A program made the translations under genes and the position numbers. A stretch of DNA of 36,984 nucleotides from Nanobdellota archaeon (GTDB lineage Archaea > Nanobdellota > Nanobdellia > Woesearchaeales > JACPBV01): the NCBI GenBank assembly GCA_027623355.1, contig JAQBWB010000001.1:1-36984 (forward strand), in the 5' to 3' direction. The notes beneath the pieces are model-generated. The model saw only the letters and a list, made by a program, of their open reading frames with translations. It made no database searches and was not told the DNA's origin. This document shows positions 16,533-26,267 of this stretch, in pieces. Position 1 is the stretch's first letter; the number at the start of each line of letters is the position of its first letter.

Positions 16533-17911
16533 GTAAAGGCGTAGAGTATACTAGCATTCGTGAAATTGCAGGACCTCTTTTAATTGTAGAAGATGTAGAC
16601 GGTATTGCGTTTGGTGAACTTGTTGAAATCAAGTTAGATAATGGTGACAAACGAACTGGCCAGGTTTTAGAGGCTCGAGATGATTTAGCTGTTATTCAGG
16701 TGTTTGAAGGAACTCGTGATTTGGCAACTAAGGGTATCTCGGTGCGATTTACTGGTGAAACTATGAAGGTTGGCTTATCGAAGGATATCATTGGACGTAT
16801 CTTCAATGGAGTTGGAAAACCTATCGATGGTGGACCGGCAATTATTCCTGAGAAGCGAGTAGATGTTAATGGACTTCCCATTAATCCAACGGCGCGAGAA
16901 TTTCCGGACGAATTTATTCAAACAGGTATTTCAACAATTGATGTGATGAATACTTTGGTTAGAGGACAGAAACTGCCTATCTTTTCTGAAGCAGGATTGC
17001 CGCACAACGAGCTAGCCGCTCAGATTGCGCGTCAGGCTAAGGTGAAGGGAGATGGTGGAAACTTTGCTGTTGTATTTGCAGCTATGGGAATTACGTTCGA
17101 GGAAAGTCAGTTTTTCATGAAGGACTTTGAAAGAACTGGAGCCATTGAAAATATGGTTGCTTTCATTAACTTAGCAGATGATCCAGCAATTGAGCGTATC
17201 ATTACGCCTAGAATTGCTTTATCGGCTGCTGAGTATCTTGCGTTTGAACACGATATGCATATTCTGGTTATCTTAACGGATATGACCAATTATTGTGAAG
17301 CATTGCGAGAGATTGCAGCAGCTCGAAACGAGATTCCTGGAAGACGAGGATATCCGGGATACATGTATACAGATCTTGCTATGAATTACGAACGTGCAGG
17401 TAAAATCAAGGGTAAAAAAGGATCTGTAACTCAGATTCCTATCTTGACGATGCCGCAGGGAGATATTTCTCACCCGATTCCGGACTTGACGGGATATATT
17501 ACTGAAGGGCAGATTGTTCTCTCCAAGGAACTTCATACCAAAGGTATCTATCCTCCGATTAATCCGTTGCCCTCTTTATCACGTTTGATGAATGAGGGTA
17601 TTGGTAAAGGTAAGACACGAGATGACCACGCAGGTGTATCGAACCAGCTGTATACGGTGTATGCAGAGGGAAGCGAACTGCGTGATTTGGTTGCTGTTGT
17701 TGGTGAGGAAGCGTTATCGGTTCGAGATAAGCAGTTCTTGGATGGTGCTGAGGCGTTTGAGAGGACGTTTATTACGCAGTCTAAGGACGATAATAGGGAC
17801 ATTGCTGCTTCGCTTACAATTGGTTGGGATATCTTTAAGTTAATCCCGAAAACCGAGCTTAAGAAGCTCAAGCAGGAGCATATCGATAAACATTTGGGAA
17901 AAACTGAATGA
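16529..17911 (+). CDS. atpB: A-type ATP synthase subunit B
   Basis: 460 aa with motifs such as [15 protein letters not shown] and ITEGQI that are conserved in A/V-type B subunits. ATGA overlap with atpA. Confidence 0.97.
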   Translation: MSKGVEYTSIREIAGPLLIVEDVDGIAFGELVEIKLDNGDKRTGQVLEARDDLAVIQVFEGTRDLATKGISVRFTGETMKVGLSKDIIGRIFNGVGKPIDGGPAIIPEKRVDVNGLPINPTAREFPDEFIQTGISTIDVMNTLVRGQKLPIFSEAGLPHNELAAQIARQAKVKGDGGNFAVVFAAMGITFEESQFFMKDFERTGAIENMVAFINLADDPAIERIITPRIALSAAEYLAFEHDMHILVILTDMTNYCEALREIAAARNEIPGRRGYPGYMYTDLAMNYERAGKIKGKKGSVTQIPILTMPQGDISHPIPDLTGYITEGQIVLSKELHTKGIYPPINPLPSLSRLMNEGIGKGKTRDDHAGVSNQLYTVYAEGSELRDLVAVVGEEALSVRDKQFLDGAEAFERTFITQSKDDNRDIAASLTIGWDIFKLIPKTELKKLKQEHIDKHLGKTE

Positions 17912-18030
17912 ATATGAACGAGCGTCTTCGAAATCTGGAGGGTTTTCTTCAAAGCCCTGTGACCCGGATGGTGCAACCCCCACGACGGGCTAGCATACAT
18001 TCTTTGCAGGATTTCGAACTCAGGACGCTT
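17912..18030 (+). repeat. MITE-related structured intercistronic element, copy G (no TIRs)
   Basis: cgtcttcgaaatc...agccc tgtg acccggatggtgcaacccc cacg ac gggct...ggatttcgaactcaggacgct. The helix layout matches copy F and the MITE core. It also forms a 45-codon ORF, 17908-18045, whose ATG overlaps the atpB stop. Confidence 0.7.
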
Positions 18031-18051
18031 GAGGTGAAGAGGTAAATAATA

Positions 18052-18675
18052 ATGGCATCAAAAATACATGCAGCAACTCGAATGGAGTTGCTTCGATTAA
18101 AGAAGAAGGCTAAGCTAGCTGCGAAAGGATTTAAATTGCTTAAGCAGAAGCGAGATGCACTTATTTCTGAGTTCTTTTCTTATATCGATAAGTTGAAGGT
18201 TATTCGTACTGAGATGGAGGATAAGTTGGCGGTTGCCTACAAATCTTTGATCTTGGCTCAGGCATTGTCTGGTGGTCCTGAAATTGAACGTGCTGCATCT
18301 GCTTCTAGTGCTGCGTACTCAATTGAATCTTCAACTAACAATATTATGGGTGTTGAGGTGCCTGCTTTCAGGGCAACTGAACTAACAACTGAGGCAGGAT
18401 ACAGTAAATTGTCGCCTTCTTTGGAATTAGATAGTGCTCGCACTAATTTTAAGGAGTCTCTTGCTATTATTATTAAGTTGGCTGGAGCTGAGGCTACGGT
18501 TCGCAAATTAGCAGCTGAGATTAAGAAAACTAAAAGAAAGGTCAATGCTTTGGAGCGTATTCTTATTCCTCGGATTAATAATGATATCACTTACATCAAG
18601 GTTCGTCTTGAGGAGTTGGAGCGAGAGAACTTTGCCAGATTGAAGGTCGTTAAAAAACGTATTGAAGTGCAATGA
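18052..18675 (+). CDS. atpD: A-type ATP synthase subunit D (central stalk)
   Basis: 207-aa coiled-coil protein with TRMELLRLKKK at the N-terminus and LEELERENFARLK at the C-terminus, both typical of the D subunit. GAGGTGAAGAGG lies upstream. Confidence 0.9.
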   Translation: MASKIHAATRMELLRLKKKAKLAAKGFKLLKQKRDALISEFFSYIDKLKVIRTEMEDKLAVAYKSLILAQALSGGPEIERAASASSAAYSIESSTNNIMGVEVPAFRATELTTEAGYSKLSPSLELDSARTNFKESLAIIIKLAGAEATVRKLAAEIKKTKRKVNALERILIPRINNDITYIKVRLEELERENFARLKVVKKRIEVQ

Positions 18676-18830
18676 TGGCAAAACCTATCCCCATTTGGCT
18701 ACGCTTTCAGAAAGATCCTGTTAAACGAGAGAGGATGTTTAAGGTTCTGTTTTTCTTGATGGTTGGAGTTAATGCGCTGATTGTTATTGGATTCTTGGTG
18801 TTTGTGTTTTTGTTGGTTAAGAGGATATAA
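18675..18830 (+). CDS. Small single-pass membrane protein (51 aa), start overlapping the atpD stop
   Basis: The ATG overlaps the atpD stop (TGATG). Sequence MAKPIPIWLRFQKDPVKRERMFKVLFFLMVGVNALIVIGFLVFVFLLVKRI has a basic N-terminus and one clear TM segment. It falls below the ORF-track size cutoff. Confidence 0.45.
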   Translation: MAKPIPIWLRFQKDPVKRERMFKVLFFLMVGVNALIVIGFLVFVFLLVKRI

Positions 18831-18853
18831 TTCCTTTTTGACTCAAATTAGGC

Positions 18854-19021
18854 GTATGTGCATAGCATAGTCACTAGCGTTCGTAGGCTGCTAAAGCAAC
18901 CATCTTCGAAATTCTCGAAACTATCCATCGAAGGTGCTGCGTCCCCGGAGGGGGCTACCCCTCGCAACGCACCTGCTTTTGAAGGTGAAAGAATTTCGAC
19001 CTTAGGATGCTATGCACATAC
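18854..19021 (+). mobile_element. MITE-like element, copy C (full length, 168 nt)
   Basis: Perfect 15-bp TIRs gtatgtgcatagcat / atgctatgcacatac. Perfect 8-bp TSD aattaggc at 18846-18853 and 19022-19029. Confidence 0.9.
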
Positions 19022-19035
19022 AATTAGGCGTAAAC

Positions 19036-19043
19036 TATATATA
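19036..19043 (+). promoter_or_regulatory. TATA box (tatatata) 22 nt upstream of micro-ORF ATG 19066
   Basis: Shows the same TATA-to-ATG spacing as the housekeeping genes. It starts 14 nt after the end of MITE copy C. Confidence 0.4.
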
Positions 19044-19065
19044 GGAGTTTAGTTTCAATAGCTTT

Positions 19066-19131
19066 ATGAGTAACATTATTATTAAGATTAAGACACTTTC
19101 TACTAGATGTATGACCATGCATTGCTGGTAA
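19066..19131 (+). CDS. Candidate leaderless micro-ORF (21 aa, MSNIIIKIKTLSTRCMTMHCW)
   Basis: The ATG sits at the predicted leaderless TSS position. The only support is promoter geometry. Confidence 0.25.
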   Translation: MSNIIIKIKTLSTRCMTMHCW

Positions 19132-19182
19132 CGGCACCGCATTATCCATTCTCATATAAAAAATTAACACGAGGTGAGCGCT

Positions 19183-19281
19183 ATGAACATACAATATGAA
19201 AACAAAAAAATACGATCGGTAAATGACGAATTTTTCTTTTTTGACGTCAACGACCGAGCTGAATCATTTAAAGATAAATGA
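19183..19281 (+). CDS. Candidate micro-ORF (32 aa, MNIQYENKKIRSVNDEFFFFDVNDRAESFKDK)
   Basis: GAGGTGA lies exactly 5 nt upstream of the ATG. The C-terminal half weakly resembles the micro-ORF at 31738-31815. Confidence 0.35.
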   Translation: MNIQYENKKIRSVNDEFFFFDVNDRAESFKDK

Positions 19282-19291
19282 GGTGAAGTAA

Positions 19292-19387
19292 ATGAATAAA
19301 CTGAATACGGACAAAATGAAGATGAATATTATGAATGAAATGCATACTTATCATTGTACTAGATGTTTTACTCTTACTTCTTTTTAG
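19292..19387 (+). CDS. Candidate micro-ORF (31 aa, Met-rich, with an HCTRC motif)
   Basis: GAGGTGA lies exactly 5 nt upstream of the ATG, 10 nt after the preceding micro-ORF. Confidence 0.3.
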   Translation: MNKLNTDKMKMNIMNEMHTYHCTRCFTLTSF

Positions 19388-19504
19388 TTCATTTGTTATA
19401 GAGTTATCTCTCATTTCTTTGCATAAAGATTTAAATACTCTCTCTCTGGATTAAGTATTGTGTTTAAAAAGAAAAAAGTTGATAAGAAGTTGGCTTCTGG
19501 TAAA

Positions 19505-19538
19505 AAAATTCCGAATTATCTTTCCCATTCGGAATTTT
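19505..19538. terminator. Bidirectional terminator-like hairpin (12-bp stem) flanked by A7 and T4 runs
   Basis: aaaattccgaat (19505-19516) pairs with attcggaatttt (19527-19538) around a 10-nt loop. A second hairpin follows at 19541-19551/19582-19592 (actcaaaagtc / gacttttgagt). Confidence 0.4.
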
Positions 19539-19613
19539 AGACTCAAAAGTCTCTCTGAAGAGCGGGGCTTTTAACCCAAGCGACTTTTGAGTAAGAAAAA
19601 AACGTTAACTGCA

Positions 19614-19811
19614 ATGCCCGTTATTAGCTGGATCTTAGGCGTTTTTTTGGGATTGATAGGATTTATTTTCTTATTCTCTGAATTTTTTTTGGGGTTCTTT
19701 TTTGTAGTGTGGGCGGGGATGTTATTGCCGCCCATTAAGAGAAGATTTGCAGCCAAATTCAATTTTCAATTATCTAGCGGTTTGCAGGGCTTAAGTACTC
19801 CTTCCTATTGA
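19614..19811 (+). CDS. Possible small two-TM membrane protein (65 aa)
   Basis: Hydrophobic ORF MPVISWILGVFLGLIGFIFLF...FFFVVWAGMLL. No clear TATA or SD. It overlaps the 3' end of the convergent gene by 7 nt. Confidence 0.3.
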   Translation: MPVISWILGVFLGLIGFIFLFSEFFLGFFFVVWAGMLLPPIKRRFAAKFNFQLSSGLQGLSTPSY

Positions 19812-22117
19812 CTCCCTTGAAGAATTTCATAGATGGTGTTGTAGACCGTTGGATAGAGTTCGATATCTAAGATCTTGCTGTGTAGTTCTTTACTGAAGGT
19901 GTCTGTACAGGTACCATTTATGAGGTAGGTTGTTGCGCCTGTAAGCTGAGCGCTGGTTATGGTTGTAACGCCGTCACCGTCTTCTTCATTGGTATCGCAT
20001 CCCGTACCATAGATGACGTGAAGTTTTGTTGATTTTGGTTGGTTGTTAGGATCGTTTAGCTTTTTGAGGAAGATGCTGTCCTCATACATGTCTTGACATT
20101 CCTTTTTGTCTCCAAAAATACGGCAAAATCTTTTCACATCCCCAGATACACCGTGATTGGGAGTTGCAATGAGAACAAGATTGTCAACTGAATCCTCTCC
20201 AAAAATTTGAAGATATCTTCTTATTACGAGTCCTCCCATTGAATGTGCTACAATATTCACTTTTGGCTTTCCGGTCTTCTTTAGGACTTCCTTTATGATG
20301 CTGTTTAGGCGAATGGTGTATGTTTCTATATTTTCTGCACTATTCGTGATATAGAGATAGTCTCCTAGGGCATAGTAGTAATCATAGTAATAGCTTGCTT
20401 TTAGCGCTATAGGAGCATTTGCAAATCCCCATTCATTTATGGTGATGTTGTCTGTATCTAGATTATACTGGATGATTCCAGCATTGAGATACCTGTCTTC
20501 TTGGAGTTTGTAGAGAATTCTGTTAAAATTATCTAGGAGCGGTTCTGGGGAGGTCTGTCTTATGAGAGAATGCCCATGCATCAGAATTACGGGATACAGT
20601 TTTTTGTCGTTTTTGCATTTTTCATCCGTACAGCAGGGACTGCATTCGGCGTGTGTACAGCAGAGAGGAGGATTTTTACTTAGCTCGTTTTCAATAAGGG
20701 GAGTTCTATTCGTATCTTCTCTAATGATTTTGGGCAGATATGCTAATGTTATTGTGAAGATTGTTTTGTTGTTTTGCTTGCAGTATAGTTCGTAGTGTGC
20801 TCTTGTTTTATTATCTGGAGATATAGATACTCCTTGTGTCGTTTGATTGTAGTATTCTCGATCTGGTACTGAGACATTATTTATTGGGGTGAAGTAAGTT
20901 GTGTCAAATTCTGTTAGGATATCTTCAATAACTTCGCAGGTTGGTTTGCTCGAGGTGTTGCAGTATCCTAACGCACATTTCTTATCTAATTCAGTTTGTG
21001 AGAGGTTTATTGCTCTTTGAACAAGTATTTTTTCTGCTGAGTGTATTGCTTTTTCGAGCTGTGTCACATTGTGCTCAAGTTGCACTAGGTTTACTTGTAG
21101 GTCCTCAATTGTCTTGAACTTTTTACTTAGGATGCTAGTGACTGTTGAATGGGCTTGAGATAGGGTTTGTTGAGATAGATTTTGCAGAATCTCTGGGACG
21201 TTGTTATTGAATTGAGTTGTAGACTTATTCTGTGAATCGAGTATTCTTACTCTTAATTGGTTAAATTTTTCTGTGAGATTGTTTTGTTTTCCCCTTACTT
21301 CCTCAAGATGAGTATCAAGTTTTTTTGTTGATTTTTTGAAGTTGATGGTTCGATTAAAGAAGGCTGAATGATCTTGCTTTATTTCGTTATATCGCTCGGT
21401 TTTCCAAAGTGAAAGGATTTTGTTTGCTTGTAGTGTGATACTTGGGAGTAGGGAGGTTAACTCGTTTGTTTTGTTCTGTAGGCTCTCCTTTGAAATTAAA
21501 TCGGCTTTCAGCGTTGTGTTTACGTTCTGGAGTAGTGCTGCTGCCTCATTCGAATCGATGAATGCTTTTGTTACGTGCTCTTTTAGTTCTTCTCGAAGTT
21601 GTTCTTCAGTAGGAGATAACTCATATCTTAGTGTGATGAATGATGTCCGTGTACGAGTGTTGTTTTCGGTAGAGCACAAGATTGCCTGAATATTGTGACA
21701 CTTTACGTCAAAATTGTATATCTTTTGACCTGATCCAAACTGGTTTGCTGGGAGTAGATAGGTTCTATTGAAGGTGAACTCCTTTGGCACGGTAAGGTTG
21801 CCCGTATCTAATACACTATCTGCGCTTTGGTCGATAAACTCATATGAGCATGATACGCTGCAGAGGCGATTACTTCTTACTTTTGTTTGAAAAGTTACCT
21901 CTTGGTTTTGCGTGTTTAGTACTCTGAATGATTTCTCTGCGGGGTGAATATTGATGGATACGTCATCTTGCAATGAAAACTTTATCCTCAGCCCGGTCAC
22001 TAGAAGAATTACAATGATGGTAAGCGTGATTGTGATTGCCCAAGGAAAAGCTTTTTTGGTTTTTTCCTTGATCTCTTTTTTTAGCTTTTGAATATGCTTG
22101 TTTTTTCTTTTGATCAT
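19805..22117 (-). CDS. Membrane-anchored surface protein with a C-terminal alpha/beta-hydrolase (lipase/PGAP1-like) domain
   Basis: N-terminal basic stretch plus TM (AFPWAITITLTIIVILLVTGL), a long coiled region, and a Cys-rich linker (PPLCCTHAECSPCCTDEKC). The hydrolase domain shows YPVILMHGHS and the nucleophile elbow VAHSMGG. There are many N-x-S/T sequons. Confidence 0.7.
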   Translation of the reverse strand: MIKRKNKHIQKLKKEIKEKTKKAFPWAITITLTIIVILLVTGLRIKFSLQDDVSINIHPAEKSFRVLNTQNQEVTFQTKVRSNRLCSVSCSYEFIDQSADSVLDTGNLTVPKEFTFNRTYLLPANQFGSGQKIYNFDVKCHNIQAILCSTENNTRTRTSFITLRYELSPTEEQLREELKEHVTKAFIDSNEAAALLQNVNTTLKADLISKESLQNKTNELTSLLPSITLQANKILSLWKTERYNEIKQDHSAFFNRTINFKKSTKKLDTHLEEVRGKQNNLTEKFNQLRVRILDSQNKSTTQFNNNVPEILQNLSQQTLSQAHSTVTSILSKKFKTIEDLQVNLVQLEHNVTQLEKAIHSAEKILVQRAINLSQTELDKKCALGYCNTSSKPTCEVIEDILTEFDTTYFTPINNVSVPDREYYNQTTQGVSISPDNKTRAHYELYCKQNNKTIFTITLAYLPKIIREDTNRTPLIENELSKNPPLCCTHAECSPCCTDEKCKNDKKLYPVILMHGHSLIRQTSPEPLLDNFNRILYKLQEDRYLNAGIIQYNLDTDNITINEWGFANAPIALKASYYYDYYYALGDYLYITNSAENIETYTIRLNSIIKEVLKKTGKPKVNIVAHSMGGLVIRRYLQIFGEDSVDNLVLIATPNHGVSGDVKRFCRIFGDKKECQDMYEDSIFLKKLNDPNNQPKSTKLHVIYGTGCDTNEEDGDGVTTITSAQLTGATTYLINGTCTDTFSKELHSKILDIELYPTVYNTIYEILQGSQ

Positions 22118-22140
22118 ACTCTCACTTTCGGGGTATGGAG

Positions 22141-22148
22141 TATTTATA
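22141..22148 (-). promoter_or_regulatory. TATA box (tataaata on the - strand) for the leaderless lipase-like gene
   Basis: Lies 23 nt upstream of ATG 22117. Confidence 0.45.
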
Positions 22149-22166
22149 TCTATTGAAGAAAAAAAG

Positions 22167-22239
22167 TAGCCCCACCCGGATTTGAACCGAGGTCCTTCGG
22201 CCCAGAACCGAAGATGATTGGCCGCTACACTATGGGGCT
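22167..22239 (-). tRNA. tRNA-Gln (anticodon CUG), 73 nt, no intron, CCA not encoded
   Basis: Hand-folded cloverleaf. Acceptor stem AGCCCCA/TGGGGCT, anticodon stem TTCGG/CCGAA with loop TTCTGGG, T arm CTCGG-TTCAAAT-CCGGG, discriminator A. Confidence 0.9.
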
Positions 22240-22263
22240 ATGTATATTAAGATATTGGATTGA

Positions 22264-22271
22264 TTTAAAAA
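22264..22271 (-). promoter_or_regulatory. TATA box (tttttaaa on the - strand) for tRNA-Gln
   Basis: Ends 24 nt upstream of the mature tRNA 5' end at 22239. Confidence 0.45.
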
Positions 22272-22281
22272 AGTTTACTTA

Positions 22282-22998
22282 TTAGAATTGTGCTTCTACT
22301 AATTCTGCTGTCTCTTCGCCGAAGCTTTCTGAATCGTCAGGGTGTGCTTCTGGTGCTGGTGCTTCTTTAACGATTTCTTTTTCCTTAGGCTCAACTTTTC
22401 GAGCTTTTGCAAGTTTCTTTCCTTTTGTTTTCTGTTCTGATTCAAGGTATACTGCTCCTAGCTCACAGATTTTGATTGGATAAATTTTATGTACTCCCTT
22501 TTTGATGTCTTTTTGGAAGCTGGTGTTGATGATTGATTGTACTAGTTGCTCGAAGGTTTTGCTTGCAACCATTTCGGAGACAATGCCTTCTGTTTGTCTG
22601 ATGATTGCTGCTCTCGTTGATCCCTTAATCTTGGTAATGGGAACTACGATAGGTTTGATTCTTACGACTTTATCGTCCTTGGTCTTACAGAGAATTGAAA
22701 GTGATACACGTTCTTTACCGCGCCTTACAAATCGTCTAATCTGGTTAGCTAGAATTTTGTATCCGTGGAGAGTGGTTGTTGCTTTGTTTTCAGCTACTTT
22801 GTCAATGGTAAAGGTGATATCCATGTTTTGCTTTCGCATATCGTTAAGTAAAGTCATACCACTACAGGATATTTTCTTTCCAACAAGTAATTGAGGATCT
22901 TCAACGGGTACCTCTCCAATAATGCCTCCATTGAAGGCTTTTGGAGCTGAAACTTGTACCCAGACTTTCCTTTTTACCTTTGATTTTGATTCAACCAT
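22282..22998 (-). CDS. rps3ae: 30S ribosomal protein S3Ae (eS1) with an acidic C-terminal extension
   Basis: KVKRKVWVQVSAPKAF...GEVPVEDPQLLVGKK N-terminus is typical of S3Ae. The C-terminal tail PEAHPDDSESFGEETAELVEAQF is acidic. Confidence 0.9.
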   Translation of the reverse strand: MVESKSKVKRKVWVQVSAPKAFNGGIIGEVPVEDPQLLVGKKISCSGMTLLNDMRKQNMDITFTIDKVAENKATTTLHGYKILANQIRRFVRRGKERVSLSILCKTKDDKVVRIKPIVVPITKIKGSTRAAIIRQTEGIVSEMVASKTFEQLVQSIINTSFQKDIKKGVHKIYPIKICELGAVYLESEQKTKGKKLAKARKVEPKEKEIVKEAPAPEAHPDDSESFGEETAELVEAQF

Positions 22999-23024
22999 AC
23001 TTACTCTCCAGAGATTCTAGGGTG

Positions 23025-23032
23025 TTTATAAA
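23025..23032 (-). promoter_or_regulatory. TATA box (tttataaa) for rps3ae
   Basis: Lies 26 nt upstream of ATG 22998. Confidence 0.45.
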
Positions 23033-23040
23033 TGTTAGTG

Positions 23041-26100
<3,060 letters not shown>

Positions 26101-26267
26101 TTAAATTTTAATGTTTAAGGGCTTTAGGAGATAGAATTTGATTTTTTCGGGTCGTCGATAGATGGCTATTTATGGCTACTCGGAGGGAATTCTGGATTAT
26201 TGGGATCGTTCTCAGAAGGGATCACTATAGAATCGAGTATGTTCTCTTCTTTTTTTGTTAGTGGTAT

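Noticed and set aside
15866-18000. Antisense ORFs within atpA and atpB (15866-16339 -, 17548-18000 - and others)
   Set aside because: They lie fully inside well-supported conserved genes on the opposite strand, with no start signals or motifs.
18975-18999. Twin UGAAGG segments in the MITE core as a kink-turn (L7Ae-binding) motif
   Set aside because: In the inferred nested-helix layout the two GA-containing strands do not face each other. No 3-nt bulge plus tandem G-A geometry could be drawn by hand.
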